This document shows, one piece after another, positions 17,150 through 26,618 of a stretch of DNA of 64,000 nucleotides (position 1 is its first letter; each line of letters starts with the position of its first letter). A program made the position numbers and the translations under genes. Under the pieces are notes generated by a model that was given only the letters and a program-made list of their open reading frames with translations, did no database searches and was not told where the DNA came from. The stretch covers positions 5,074 to 69,073 of the forward strand of contig CASFAV010000010.1 of NCBI GenBank assembly GCA_949292905.1. Direction: 5' to 3'. The DNA comes from an uncultured Eubacteriales bacterium (lineage in GTDB: Bacteria; Bacillota; Clostridia; Christensenellales; DTU072).

Positions 17150-18097
17150 ATGAGTAATATCGCTTCAGAAAACGACGTATTGGTAGCGAAGCTATACTTT
17201 ACCGCGGCTTTCCCCGCGATGAAGATACCGCTTACCGAAGATCCCGCGCAAGTCAAGAAATTCGCCAAGATAAACGCCGTCGTACAGTTCAAAGCCGCCG
17301 ACGACGTCAATCCCATCGCCTGCCATATCGTATTCCTTACGGAGGAGAAAGCGAACGAGCTCACCGAGAAAGCGAAAGCGGAAGCTCAGAATCCCGACGA
17401 AGTCAAGGCGGTCCCGCGCTTCAAAGTCTATCAGGGCGAATACGACGGCAGATACGATTTCTGCCAGTTCGTGAATCTGCAGTTCAAATCCATCAAGAGC
17501 CTGCTCGGAGTATTCAAAGGCAACTCCCCTCTCGAAATGCTCGGAATAGTCGCGCCGCTTCTCAAAAACATCACGAAGAAAGCGACGCTTCCCTTCCTCT
17601 TCCTGATGCTTTCGCTCACGAAGATGATGCCCGACAACAATCCGTCGATAGACGATCCGTGGGAGCAATATCTTAAAGTTAAGATGTCTCTCTACATGAT
17701 AACGACGGCGATGTCGAGCGCTACGAAACTCGGCTGGCAGCCCCTCGTGAGCTGGACGGCGAAGCAGACCGACAGGATCTATCAATTCAAAGTAGGCGCC
17801 ACCTACGACAGCAACGGCAAAGAGATATATCCCGCGATCGCGGCGTATCTCCGCGTCAAAGCGGGCAAGACGAAAGCGGGCAGAGGCGAATACACCCGCA
17901 AACGTCCCTTCGTGCTGTTCGACTTCCCCAATCCCGACGGCTGTCTCGCGGTATTGAGCGGAAGATACGAATTCGTCGAAGCCGCTACGAAAGGTTGCAT
18001 TACGGTCGTTGGTTCGGGAGACTCCTACGCGGTGCAGTTCAACAATATGATGACGCAACTGCAGAACATGTTGATACCTTCCAAATTCCTGAGCTGA
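17150..18097 (+). CDS. hypothetical protein, translationally coupled to split transketolase
   Basis: 315 aa from the ATG at 17150. Its AAGGAGG RBS overlaps the transketolase stop. The track ORF starts at 17093 inside the upstream gene. I recognise no family with confidence; the C-terminal GRYEFVEAATKGCITVVGSGDSYAVQFNNMM faintly recalls SCP2-type folds. Confidence 0.6.
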   Translation: MSNIASENDVLVAKLYFTAAFPAMKIPLTEDPAQVKKFAKINAVVQFKAADDVNPIACHIVFLTEEKANELTEKAKAEAQNPDEVKAVPRFKVYQGEYDGRYDFCQFVNLQFKSIKSLLGVFKGNSPLEMLGIVAPLLKNITKKATLPFLFLMLSLTKMMPDNNPSIDDPWEQYLKVKMSLYMITTAMSSATKLGWQPLVSWTAKQTDRIYQFKVGATYDSNGKEIYPAIAAYLRVKAGKTKAGRGEYTRKRPFVLFDFPNPDGCLAVLSGRYEFVEAATKGCITVVGSGDSYAVQFNNMMTQLQNMLIPSKFLS

Positions 18098-18113
18098 AAA
18101 CATTGACTTCTAT

Positions 18114-18143
18114 GATCGGCGCCCGTCGGGCGCCGATTTTTTT
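18114..18143 (+). terminator. rho-independent terminator of the transketolase operon
   Basis: atcggcgcc-cgtc-gggcgccgat followed by ttttttt. Confidence 0.8.
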
Positions 18144-18209
18144 GCGTAAACGTAAAGGGCGCGACATTGCCGCGCCCTTCTGAATTACGGAAAAACCGGT
18201 TGACTGCGC

Positions 18210-21173
18210 TTACGACCGATCCTCGATAAAGAACGTCCTTATTTCAAACGGTTTGAACGCGAGATCGTTAAGCTCCGCTTCTCCGATCACGTTCTCGAGA
18301 AGATCGGTCTCGTATACCTTGCCGTCGAGCGGAGTGGTTATCGTAGCGGTACGCGCGATGCCGGAATCTTCGTACACGCGCACGACGACGCCATTGCCGT
18401 TCTCGGCGCGTTTGACGGTCTCAACGACGATATGTGTATCTGAGGATACAAAATACGACGGTATATCGACCTCGTATTCGGTAATGAAGGGTCTATTGTT
18501 ATAGAGATATCCGTTACGCTGTATGTCGGCGTCGTTATGATCGCCGCCGTGCGGGCAGAGCGCGTAGCAAATGGTGTGCATACCCTTGTCGGCGTCGGGG
18601 GCGGGGAACATCGGGCTTCTCAGAAGGTTGAGCGAGATGAGCCCCTCCTTCACTCTGTAGCCGTACTTGCAGTCGGTGAGCACGCTTATGCCCCTGCCGC
18701 CGTCGCTCAAATCTATCCATTTATGGGCGCATATTTCGAACTGCGCTTTCTCCACCTTCGTATCGTCTGAGGTACTGCGCTTGAGGTTTCCGAGCTGTAT
18801 GTCGCAGGTCACCTGCTTCGAGAACACCGCGGGACGGAAGTCGGCGCGCAGCATCTTGTGCGTCTCCTGCCAGTCCACCGTGGTCACGAAGTCCACGATA
18901 GGTCTGCCCGCTACAAGCACTACCTTCTGACTGATACTGGAGCTTCCGTACTTATACATATTCTCTCTCACGACTGCGCCGTCAGTTATCGTGGTGTGCG
19001 AATCGATGAGCTTGAATTCGGCGGGGGCTTTTTTGGTGTACTTGATGTCGATATCCCATGCATTGTAGTGCAGGCGCTTGTCTCTGTACACGTTCAGCTT
19101 GTTCATGAAGCTTCCGCAGTATTCCTTGCCGTCGCGCTTGTCGATAAGGCTCTTGATGTTGCCGTAAGGATCGAACGTCACCGCGAATATATCGCTCTCG
19201 ATGGTATTGCCGTTTACGGAAAGCACGCTCTTACCTTCGGGTGCGTAAGGCGTGAGCGGAGCGCTCGAATAAGGCGCAACGTCCACAGAGTACCACTTGT
19301 CCTTATACGGCACCAGCCCTTTGAAGCGGTAAGAGTTCCCGTTGACGACGGTAAGGCGCTTCTTGCCTGCCGACAAGAATTCCAGAGCGCCGCGGCGCAT
19401 CTCCTGCAATTCCTCGAGCATCTTCTCGTATCTCGCGACGCTCTCCGTATATACGCGGGCAATCGACGAGCCGGGAATTATGTCGTGGAACTGATAAAGA
19501 AGCATTTCCTTCCATATCTTGTCGAGCTTCTCTTTGGGATAAGGATAGCCCTTCGCCTCCGCTACCGCCAAGATGAATTCGGTATTGTGCAGAGAGAATT
19601 CTATCTTTCTGTTGTTGAGCTTGTTCTTGCCCTGAGTGGTATAGGTACCTTGATGCTTCTCGAGATACAATTCGCCTTTATGGCGCACCATAACGTCTTC
19701 CTGCTCCTTGAGCTTGTCGAAAAGGTCTATCGCTTTAGCCATTTTAACTTTCGGAAGCCCCTTCATGCTGCCCGCGCGGCGCACCATTTCTATGTGCCCT
19801 TCGCTCGGTCCGCCGCCGCCGTCGCCCACGCCGTAAAGCAAGCCGATGTTTTTGATCTTATCCCTTTCGGGGAAATTCTTGATCGCGTTAACGTAGCTCC
19901 ACGCGCTTCCTTCGCTGTTATAGGTCTCGTCCGGCGGCATGTGTACTATGACGCTGCTGTCGTCGATACCTTCCCATATAAACGCGCGATGAGGAAATTT
20001 ATTGTGTTCGTTCCAGCTCAATTTGATCGTTTCGAAATAATCCATACCGCACTTTTTAAGTATCTGCGGCAGGTTCCCGCTGAAGCCGAATACGTCGGGA
20101 AGCCAGCACATACGCATATCCTGTCCGAATTTTTCCTTCCAGTACTTCTTCCCGTAAAGGTTCTGCCTGATAAGGCTCTCGCCCGAAGTGACGTTGGTGT
20201 CGCATTCTACCCACATTCCGCCCTGAAGCTCGAGCTGTCCCGATGCCACTTTCTCCTTTATCTTCTCGAAGAGCTCGGGGTGACGTTCCTCCATCCACTC
20301 GAATTGTTGCGGTTGAGAGGCGCCGAATACGTAATCGGGATACTTGTCCATATTCCAGACCTGATTGGCGAACGTGCGCGCCGCTTTGCGCTTCGTCTCC
20401 CTTATGGGCCACAGCCACGCGAGATCGAGATGCGCGTGCCCCGTGGCGTAGAACGTGTACGGACTGTCTACGCCGGTATCCGCTTCCTTTTTAAGGATTG
20501 CGCGCGCGCCTTCGAGATCGCCCGCAAAGTATTTCCTGAGCGCCGCTTTCACCGAAGCCGCTATGGACGATACTTTACCGTCGCCTTTCCCCGCCACGGA
20601 CTGCTGGAAAAGAAGCGCGAGCACGTCGTAATACAGCGCTTTCACGTCATCGTGCACGACGACGATGTCCGCCTGCTTCAGTTTTGCCTGTTTACAGGGA
20701 AGGGTGGGCAGTTTATTATTGCCTGCGTCCATAAAAATATCTATTTCCTCGCCGCCCTCGGCGCGCTCGGCAACTTCGTAATACCGTTTGCCGATATGCG
20801 GCTGGGCAAAATCGATGAACGCGCCTATATCCGTAATACCTTTCACGGGCACCCCCGCTTCGTCGTATATACAGCCTTCTCCGCCGTCGGAGATGAGCAA
20901 CGCGACCTTCTCGCCTTTGGCGGTAGCGGGCACTTTGCCTTTCAGGCGGAACCAGGCGCAACCGTAGCTCTCGTTGCTCCATACCTGTCCCACGCGGATA
21001 GGCTTGTATGTAAGGGAATCCTTATCTTCGAAAGGCACAGGTTCCGCGCTCCACGCATAAGACGCTTCGAGGGCGCCTACCTTGGTATAACACTCTTTGC
21101 GCAACCTGCGCAGTGAGCCCATTATGCCCATTTTGACGACGAATTTAATGATATTCGGAATATAACTACTCAT
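18210..21173 (-). CDS. GH38 alpha-mannosidase
   Basis: About 987 aa. GH38 core motifs are HAHLDLAWLWPIRETKRKAARTF, WLPDVFGFSGNLPQI and YLEKHQGTYTTQ. I prefer the start at 21173, which has AAGGAG 5 nt upstream; the track ORF extends to 21194. Confidence 0.9.
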   Translation of the reverse strand: MSSYIPNIIKFVVKMGIMGSLRRLRKECYTKVGALEASYAWSAEPVPFEDKDSLTYKPIRVGQVWSNESYGCAWFRLKGKVPATAKGEKVALLISDGGEGCIYDEAGVPVKGITDIGAFIDFAQPHIGKRYYEVAERAEGGEEIDIFMDAGNNKLPTLPCKQAKLKQADIVVVHDDVKALYYDVLALLFQQSVAGKGDGKVSSIAASVKAALRKYFAGDLEGARAILKKEADTGVDSPYTFYATGHAHLDLAWLWPIRETKRKAARTFANQVWNMDKYPDYVFGASQPQQFEWMEERHPELFEKIKEKVASGQLELQGGMWVECDTNVTSGESLIRQNLYGKKYWKEKFGQDMRMCWLPDVFGFSGNLPQILKKCGMDYFETIKLSWNEHNKFPHRAFIWEGIDDSSVIVHMPPDETYNSEGSAWSYVNAIKNFPERDKIKNIGLLYGVGDGGGGPSEGHIEMVRRAGSMKGLPKVKMAKAIDLFDKLKEQEDVMVRHKGELYLEKHQGTYTTQGKNKLNNRKIEFSLHNTEFILAVAEAKGYPYPKEKLDKIWKEMLLYQFHDIIPGSSIARVYTESVARYEKMLEELQEMRRGALEFLSAGKKRLTVVNGNSYRFKGLVPYKDKWYSVDVAPYSSAPLTPYAPEGKSVLSVNGNTIESDIFAVTFDPYGNIKSLIDKRDGKEYCGSFMNKLNVYRDKRLHYNAWDIDIKYTKKAPAEFKLIDSHTTITDGAVVRENMYKYGSSSISQKVVLVAGRPIVDFVTTVDWQETHKMLRADFRPAVFSKQVTCDIQLGNLKRSTSDDTKVEKAQFEICAHKWIDLSDGGRGISVLTDCKYGYRVKEGLISLNLLRSPMFPAPDADKGMHTICYALCPHGGDHNDADIQRNGYLYNNRPFITEYEVDIPSYFVSSDTHIVVETVKRAENGNGVVVRVYEDSGIARTATITTPLDGKVYETDLLENVIGEAELNDLAFKPFEIRTFFIEDRS

Positions 21174-21247
21174 ATCTGCTCCTTCCCGCGACATTGAGCC
21201 GCTCGTAAAGTTCGGTAGAATAATATTAACATAATTCCGCGCTTATT

Positions 21248-21280
21248 ACAATACGAAATGCCGAAATACTTACTGTATTC
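21248..21280. terminator. hairpin terminator downstream of potD
   Basis: atgccgaaatac-ttact-gtattccggcat forms a 12-bp stem with one mismatch. It has a T-run on the + side, lies about 40 nt after the potD stop, and its orientation is ambiguous. Confidence 0.45.
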
Positions 21281-21318
21281 CGGCATTTTTGCGTCAATAA
21301 TATGCGGGTATGAGACGG

Positions 21319-22740
21319 TTATTCTTTATCGCTATCGCTCTCCGCTTCCTCTTCGGACTCGGCGCTTTCGTCCTCTCCGTCGTCGACTTTCGCTACGGCT
21401 TTACGCACCATTCTGCGCGAGCCTTTCTTCTTCACGACGAGGAAATAGATCGCTACGCCGATAGCGGCGGCACCCACCACGCCGAGCACTACCCACAGTA
21501 TCCAGAGAAGGCTCTGATTGCTGCTCTTGACGTTCTCCCACATCGTGACCGCGGCTTCGTTCATCGTGCCGAAATCCTTCATAACGCCGAGCTTTTCGGT
21601 CGCTTCGGGATAACGTATCTCGTCTGCGAAGAATTCTTCTGCGTCGTATTCGTTGTCGGCGAGAATGGCTAAAGCCACCTCGTCGTTACGCAGTACCTCT
21701 TTGTCCACCGCGGAGGTGTAGCCTATCGCCATTGAGTTGCTCATCGCTACGTCGGGACGGCAGAGATAATCGAGGAACATATAAGCCGCCGCTTCGTTCT
21801 TCGCGGTCTTGGGCATTACCCAGCCGTCGAACCAGATGTTGCCGCCTATCTCGGGTACGAAATAGTTGAGGTTGTCGGCGTCTTCCATAGCCCACAGCGC
21901 GTCGCCAGACCAGGCGAGGTCAACGTAGGCTTTACCGGAAGTCATGTCGGCTTTACCGAAATCGACTTCGTATCCGCTCAATACTTCACCCTGCTCTATA
22001 AGCACTTCCTGTACCTCGTTAAGCAGTTCGTCGTCGATCGTATTAATGAGGTTTTCGATACTTAAAGAAGCATATTGGGAGCCCAATCTTCCGGTTTCTT
22101 TGAGATAAAGCACCGCCGCCACATAGGCGTCGCGGATACTGTCTTTCATAAGTATCTTGCCGTTGAGCTTCTCGTTGCCCGCCGCGTTCCAGAGGAGTCC
22201 GTAGCCTTTGGCGAGGTCGGCTTCGGTGACGACGTCGGTATTGTAGAGGATACCGAGGGTGCCCCACATATAGGGCACGAAGTAATCGCTCATTTTCTCC
22301 GTTTCGCCCACGCCGGGAACGTTGATAGCGGTGAAAACTTCGTCGACCTTCGTATAGATCATATCGTCCACGTTGACGTCGTTGGCAATTTTGCTCTTGT
22401 CGAGCTTCTTGATGAGCCCTTTCTGCATGAGGCGCTGTATGGCGTACTCGGAGGGGCAAACGAGGTCGATGGTCTCCTCGCCCTTCTCAAGGTTGGTAAG
22501 CATTATTTCGTTGGTGTCGAACGTGGAATATACCACTTCGATCGTTTTACCGGTGGCTTCGGCGTAATAGACTTCGAAGCTGTCGATAACGCTTTCGTCG
22601 ATGTAATCGCCCCAGTTGTAAACAATGAGCTGTTCGTCCGTCGCAGCTTCTGCGGTTACGGCGCCGTCGGTAAGGACAACGCCCGCGAGCATTGCGCATA
22701 CCATAGCGAGAACAAGCGCGATACTACCTGCTTTTTTCAT
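21319..22740 (-). CDS. potD: spermidine/putrescine ABC transporter substrate-binding protein with C-terminal TM anchor
   Basis: 473 aa. The PotD-like core includes IVYNWGDYIDESVI and LVCPSEYAIQRL. An about 65-aa C-terminal extension follows, made of a TM helix (LLWILWVVLGVVGAAAIGVAIYFLVV) and an acidic tail. Confidence 0.85.
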   Translation of the reverse strand: MKKAGSIALVLAMVCAMLAGVVLTDGAVTAEAATDEQLIVYNWGDYIDESVIDSFEVYYAEATGKTIEVVYSTFDTNEIMLTNLEKGEETIDLVCPSEYAIQRLMQKGLIKKLDKSKIANDVNVDDMIYTKVDEVFTAINVPGVGETEKMSDYFVPYMWGTLGILYNTDVVTEADLAKGYGLLWNAAGNEKLNGKILMKDSIRDAYVAAVLYLKETGRLGSQYASLSIENLINTIDDELLNEVQEVLIEQGEVLSGYEVDFGKADMTSGKAYVDLAWSGDALWAMEDADNLNYFVPEIGGNIWFDGWVMPKTAKNEAAAYMFLDYLCRPDVAMSNSMAIGYTSAVDKEVLRNDEVALAILADNEYDAEEFFADEIRYPEATEKLGVMKDFGTMNEAAVTMWENVKSSNQSLLWILWVVLGVVGAAAIGVAIYFLVVKKKGSRRMVRKAVAKVDDGEDESAESEEEAESDSDKE

Positions 22741-23548
22741 TCTTTTTCTCCTTTTCCGTTCCGACCTTCTTATAGGAACGCAAATTTATTATCAATACCG
22801 CCGCTACCACGACGACAATGATTATCGAAAATACGGGAAGCCACAACGGTCTCAAGCCGCTCGCGTTGCGGAGCGAGGAATAGAGATATGTCGAGAGCGT
22901 GTCTATTCCCGTCGAAGCGCCTTTGTTGAGCTGAGTTATGATGAAATCGTCGAGCGAAATGGTGAACGCCATCGCGAATCCCGAAACGATCCCCGGAAAA
23001 ATTATCGGCAGAATGACCTTGAAAAGCGCTTTTATCGGGCTTGCGCCGAGATCCAGTGCCGCTTCGTAGATATTGGGGTCCATCTGCATGAGGCGGGGCA
23101 TCACCGACAGCACCACGTAAGGCGTGCAGAACGATATATGCCCTATTATCAGTCTCACGTAGCCCTGCGGGAAAGCGAACGTCGAGAAGAACAGCATCAA
23201 CGACACCGCCATAACGATTTCGGAATTGATTATGGGGAGCTGGTTGATGTTTTCGACGACTTTGCGCACGCGGGGTTTCAGATTGAAGATACCTACCGCC
23301 GCTATCGAGCCTATCAAAGTGGACGCGACCGAGGAAACGACCGCGATGACAACGGTGTTTTTAAGGCTGTCCCAGAGTTTGGCGGGCGCCGACGTGAACA
23401 GCGACTTATACGCTTCGAGAGTGAATCCGTCGGGGAACGTGAAGTTGGTGGTATTCGAGAAGGAGAACACTATCACCATCACTATGGGCGCGTACATAAG
23501 CGCGAGAATAAGGAAAATATAACCTCTTTCGGCAAGTTTCTTTACCAT
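22724..23548 (-). CDS. potC: spermidine/putrescine ABC transporter permease
   Basis: 274 aa, six TM segments, with an EAA-type loop (EAALDLGASPIKALFKVILP). Confidence 0.85.
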   Translation of the reverse strand: MVKKLAERGYIFLILALMYAPIVMVIVFSFSNTTNFTFPDGFTLEAYKSLFTSAPAKLWDSLKNTVVIAVVSSVASTLIGSIAAVGIFNLKPRVRKVVENINQLPIINSEIVMAVSLMLFFSTFAFPQGYVRLIIGHISFCTPYVVLSVMPRLMQMDPNIYEAALDLGASPIKALFKVILPIIFPGIVSGFAMAFTISLDDFIITQLNKGASTGIDTLSTYLYSSLRNASGLRPLWLPVFSIIIVVVVAAVLIINLRSYKKVGTEKEKKNEKSR

Positions 23549-24357
23549 AAGTTACGCGCCGCCTCCCCTTTATTGATCTTACCGATAATGAAATTGGATA
23601 TGAGCACCAGAACGAGCATGAGAAGGCTCATCACGGAACCGACGCCGTATAACTGGTTGGTAAACTTGAGATTGATGCTGTCGCCGAAAAGCATGATACT
23701 GTTTTTAGAAAGAAGCTCCGAAATGGCGAAAGCGGATATCGTGGGAATGAATACCATCGTAATACCGCTTATTATTCCGGGCATTGAGAGCGGGAGCGTG
23801 GTTTTCAGGAAGGTCACGACGGGATTCGCGCCGAGGTCCTGCGCCGCTTCGGCGTAGCACTTGTCTATATTCGTTATAGTGGTGTGCAACGGCATTATCA
23901 TATACGGAATGAAGTTATACACCATACCGAAAATGACCGTACCCATACCGAGCTTGATACCGATACCTTCGAAAATATTTTGCAATGCGTAAGTGCGGAT
24001 AAGGAAATTCACCCACATCGGCAGGATGATAAGCACCACTATTATGCTGCCCGAAGACCACTTGCTGAGTATATACGCGACGGGATAGCCGATAACGAAG
24101 CACAATACCGTCGTAATGACGCCTACCGCGAGCGAAGTGGCGAGCACGCTCAGGCTGCTCGCGTCGGTGAAGAACGCTCCGAAATTGCGGAAAGAGAAGT
24201 GTCCGTCGTATATGAATGCGTTGACGAGCACGATGACGAGCGGCGTCACGACGAATATCAACATGAAAATTATATACGGATAGGAAAACACGCTCCGCGT
24301 GAGACGGAAGTGTTTTACTTTCCCTATCAGTTTTTTGCCGAATTCTTTTGCTTTCAT
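23542..24357 (-). CDS. potB: spermidine/putrescine ABC transporter permease
   Basis: 271 aa from the ATG at 24357, which overlaps the potA stop (TGATG). It has the EAA loop AEAAQDLGANPVVTFLKTTLP. The track ORF's 46-aa R-rich N-terminal extension lies inside potA and is rejected. Confidence 0.85.
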   Translation of the reverse strand: MKAKEFGKKLIGKVKHFRLTRSVFSYPYIIFMLIFVVTPLVIVLVNAFIYDGHFSFRNFGAFFTDASSLSVLATSLAVGVITTVLCFVIGYPVAYILSKWSSGSIIVVLIILPMWVNFLIRTYALQNIFEGIGIKLGMGTVIFGMVYNFIPYMIMPLHTTITNIDKCYAEAAQDLGANPVVTFLKTTLPLSMPGIISGITMVFIPTISAFAISELLSKNSIMLFGDSINLKFTNQLYGVGSVMSLLMLVLVLISNFIIGKINKGEAARNLW

Positions 24358-25823
24358 CACTTGTTGTCGGTATCGGGCAACGCCTCTATGATAAGTTTTT
24401 CGGGAGCGACGCTTATGCCCACTCTGTCGCCCTTCAGCCAGTCGTCGTCGGTATCGACGAAGAAATTGTAATGGTTGTCGGCACGTACTATGCACTGATA
24501 ATAACTGCCCTTGTAAATACTGCTCACGACTTCGCCGCCGATGATGCCGTCCTCCTCATCGTCGAATACCATGACGTCGTCGAAATCGATACTGACTTTG
24601 ACGCGCGTGCCGCCGGGAAGATCGGAATTGCAGGGGAATTTCCCGCCGCAGATCTCCACCACTCCGGTATCCCACATTTCCGTTTCGATCTCGTTGATGA
24701 TGCGCGCTTTATGCATGATATGGAGATCAAACGGCTTGATAAAGATACCTATTTCGTCGTTTACCTTAACTTCGGTCGTGTCGTGGATAAGGAGTTCGTT
24801 TTCGCCGTCGATGAGCGCGAGTATCTGATAATGATCGCCTTTGAACACGCAACTCGTGACCTTGCCCGTCATCATCGAAGCGGAATTGTCAGGAGGAAGC
24901 ACGTAGACGTCTTCGGGACGGATTATGACGTCGATGGGCTCGTTGTGCTTGAAGCCTTTGTCCACGCACTCGAAGGTCTTGCCGAAAAACTCCACCTTGA
25001 AGTCCTCTATCATCACTCCCGAGAAAATGTTGCTCTCCCCGATGAAGTCCGCTACAAAAGCGTTGGCGGGTTCGTCGTAGATCTTCTGCGGAGCGGCTAT
25101 CTGCTGTATCACGCCGTCGCGCATGACCACTATCGTATCGCTCATAGTGAGCGCTTCTTCCTGGTCGTGCGTAACGTATATAAAGGTGATGCCTATCTTC
25201 TTATGCATATTCATAAGCTCGATCTGCATGTCTTTACGCATCTTGAGATCGAGCGCGCCCAAAGGTTCGTCGAGAAGAAGCACTTCCGGTTCGTTGACCA
25301 AGGCTCGCGCTATCGCCACGCGCTGCTGCTGTCCGCCGCTCAGACTGTTCACGTTGCGGTGACCGTAATCTTCGAGGTCCACGAGCTTGAGCGCCGCGTT
25401 CACCTTGTCGGTTATCTCCTGCTTGGTGAGCTTACGCATTTTCTCGTACTCGTTGCCCGCTTTGTCGGTATAAGTCTCGCCGGACGGTATCCTCTTGAGC
25501 TTCAAGCCGAACGCTATATTTTTGAACACGTTTAGGTGTGGGAAAAGCGCGTATTTCTGGAAAACGGTATTCACGTTGCGCAGATGCGGCGGAAGCGTGG
25601 TGATATCTTCGCCGTTGAAATACACCGTGCCCGACGTGGGTTTCTCGAAACCCGCTATCATACGGAGCGTGGTGGTTTTGCCGCACCCCGACGGTCCGAG
25701 GAACGTGACGAATTCGCCGCGCTTGATGGACATGCTGACGTTTTTGACGGCGGGTTTGCCGTTATAGTCTTTGCATACGTTCTTCAGTTCGATAATTACG
25801 TTTTTCTTCTTCTTGGGAGCCAT
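24357..25823 (-). CDS. potA: spermidine/putrescine ABC transporter ATPase with extended C-terminal regulatory region
   Basis: 488 aa. It has Walker A (GPSGCGKTT), the signature [15 protein letters not shown] and Walker B (LLLDEPL). The C-terminus is about 100 aa longer than I expect for PotA. Confidence 0.9.
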   Translation of the reverse strand: MAPKKKKNVIIELKNVCKDYNGKPAVKNVSMSIKRGEFVTFLGPSGCGKTTTLRMIAGFEKPTSGTVYFNGEDITTLPPHLRNVNTVFQKYALFPHLNVFKNIAFGLKLKRIPSGETYTDKAGNEYEKMRKLTKQEITDKVNAALKLVDLEDYGHRNVNSLSGGQQQRVAIARALVNEPEVLLLDEPLGALDLKMRKDMQIELMNMHKKIGITFIYVTHDQEEALTMSDTIVVMRDGVIQQIAAPQKIYDEPANAFVADFIGESNIFSGVMIEDFKVEFFGKTFECVDKGFKHNEPIDVIIRPEDVYVLPPDNSASMMTGKVTSCVFKGDHYQILALIDGENELLIHDTTEVKVNDEIGIFIKPFDLHIMHKARIINEIETEMWDTGVVEICGGKFPCNSDLPGGTRVKVSIDFDDVMVFDDEEDGIIGGEVVSSIYKGSYYQCIVRADNHYNFFVDTDDDWLKGDRVGISVAPEKLIIEALPDTDNK

Positions 25824-25832
25824 TTCTTCCTC

Positions 25833-26366
25833 TCAGAAATTGCTGGGCGTGGTCACCCAAAGTATTTTTGCGTCGCGCGTGCCCGCGTTGATTATCTTAT
25901 GTTCGTGCGCACCGTCTATATAGAAAGCCTCGCCCTTCTTGGCGGTATAGGTCTTACCCTCCACTTCGAGCGTTATCCTTCCCTCCATAACGTATCCGAA
26001 TTCCTCGCCCTCGAAAGGCACCCGCGTTTCGCTCTCGCCACCTTCGGGCAACACGAGCATGATGGGTTCCATTTCGTTTTTCTGTGAATTCGGGATAAGC
26101 CAGGTGCTCTCGCCGTCGCCCGAGGCGGAAACGAAGAAATCGGATTTGCCGAAAACTATCTGCTCTTCCTTCTCCTCCGCAAAAAACGCCGGCAAAGTAA
26201 CGCCCAGTACGTTCAGAATGTCCTGAAGCGTGGCGATGGAAGGGCTCGCGAGCTCGTTCTCGAGCTGGCTGATATAGCCTTTCGTGAGTTCGCAACGGGT
26301 GGCAAGTTCCTCCTGCGTGAGCCCGCGGCGCAATCTTATAGCTTTTATTTTAGACCCTATTTCCAT
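25833..26366 (-). CDS. XRE-family HTH regulator with cupin domain (PuuR-like), first gene of the pot operon
   Basis: 178 aa from the ATG at 26366, which has GGAGGAG upstream. The HTH is LTQEELATRCELTKGYISQLENELASPSIATLQDIL and the cupin is GYVMEGRITLEVEGKTYTAKKGEAFYIDGAHEH. It is a paralogue of 11074..11616. Confidence 0.8.
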   Translation of the reverse strand: MEIGSKIKAIRLRRGLTQEELATRCELTKGYISQLENELASPSIATLQDILNVLGVTLPAFFAEEKEEQIVFGKSDFFVSASGDGESTWLIPNSQKNEMEPIMLVLPEGGESETRVPFEGEEFGYVMEGRITLEVEGKTYTAKKGEAFYIDGAHEHKIINAGTRDAKILWVTTPSNF

Positions 26367-26554
26367 ACTCCTCCGCATTCCGCGCGACCCGTATGCCGCG
26401 ACGGTAAGAATATCATACAGTATAGCCGCGACAGTGTCAAACAATTTGATTAAAATTATTAAACTTTTATTTGTAAGATTTTACTAAACTTTTTGTCAAA
26501 AATTTTCTAACACGCCCCGTGCGGCGCTCAGACTCGCGCCGTATGCCGATAACG

Positions 26555-26600
26555 GAAAAAAATACGCGCTCCGTTGATTTCGCGGAGCGCGTTCTTTTTG
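26555..26600. terminator. bidirectional rho-independent terminator after the giant ORF
   Basis: acgcgctccg-ttgatttcg-cggagcgcgt, flanked by aaaaaaa on one side and tcttttt on the other. It lies about 30 nt after the stop at 26619. Confidence 0.75.
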
Positions 26601-26618
26601 CTTTCGTTCGAGCTTGCT

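Noticed and set aside
11128-17364. Other long shadow ORFs: 11128..12252 (+), 12222..13343 (+), 15261..16145 (-), 16180..17364 (-) and 17192..18103 (-).
   Set aside because: Each lies fully antisense to a gene with clear family motifs (XRE-cupin/YcxB, the GLUG lipoprotein, or the transketolase subunits and their partner). None has an RBS or recognisable domains.
18858-21116. A 752-aa plus-strand ORF antisense to the GH38 mannosidase.
   Set aside because: It has the same antisense-ORF signature: R/H/F/V-rich, no start context and no motifs. The minus-strand frame carries unmistakable GH38 motifs.
23542-24495. N-terminal extensions offered by the ORF track. These affect potB (to 24495), rplM (to 53291), the pot regulator (to 26444), truA (to 54089), the 315-aa protein (from 17093), the mannosidase (to 21194) and the ABC ATPase (to 51162).
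   Set aside because: The extensions overlap the upstream gene or lack an RBS. Internal ATGs have GGAGG-type sites at proper spacing and give N-termini typical of each family.
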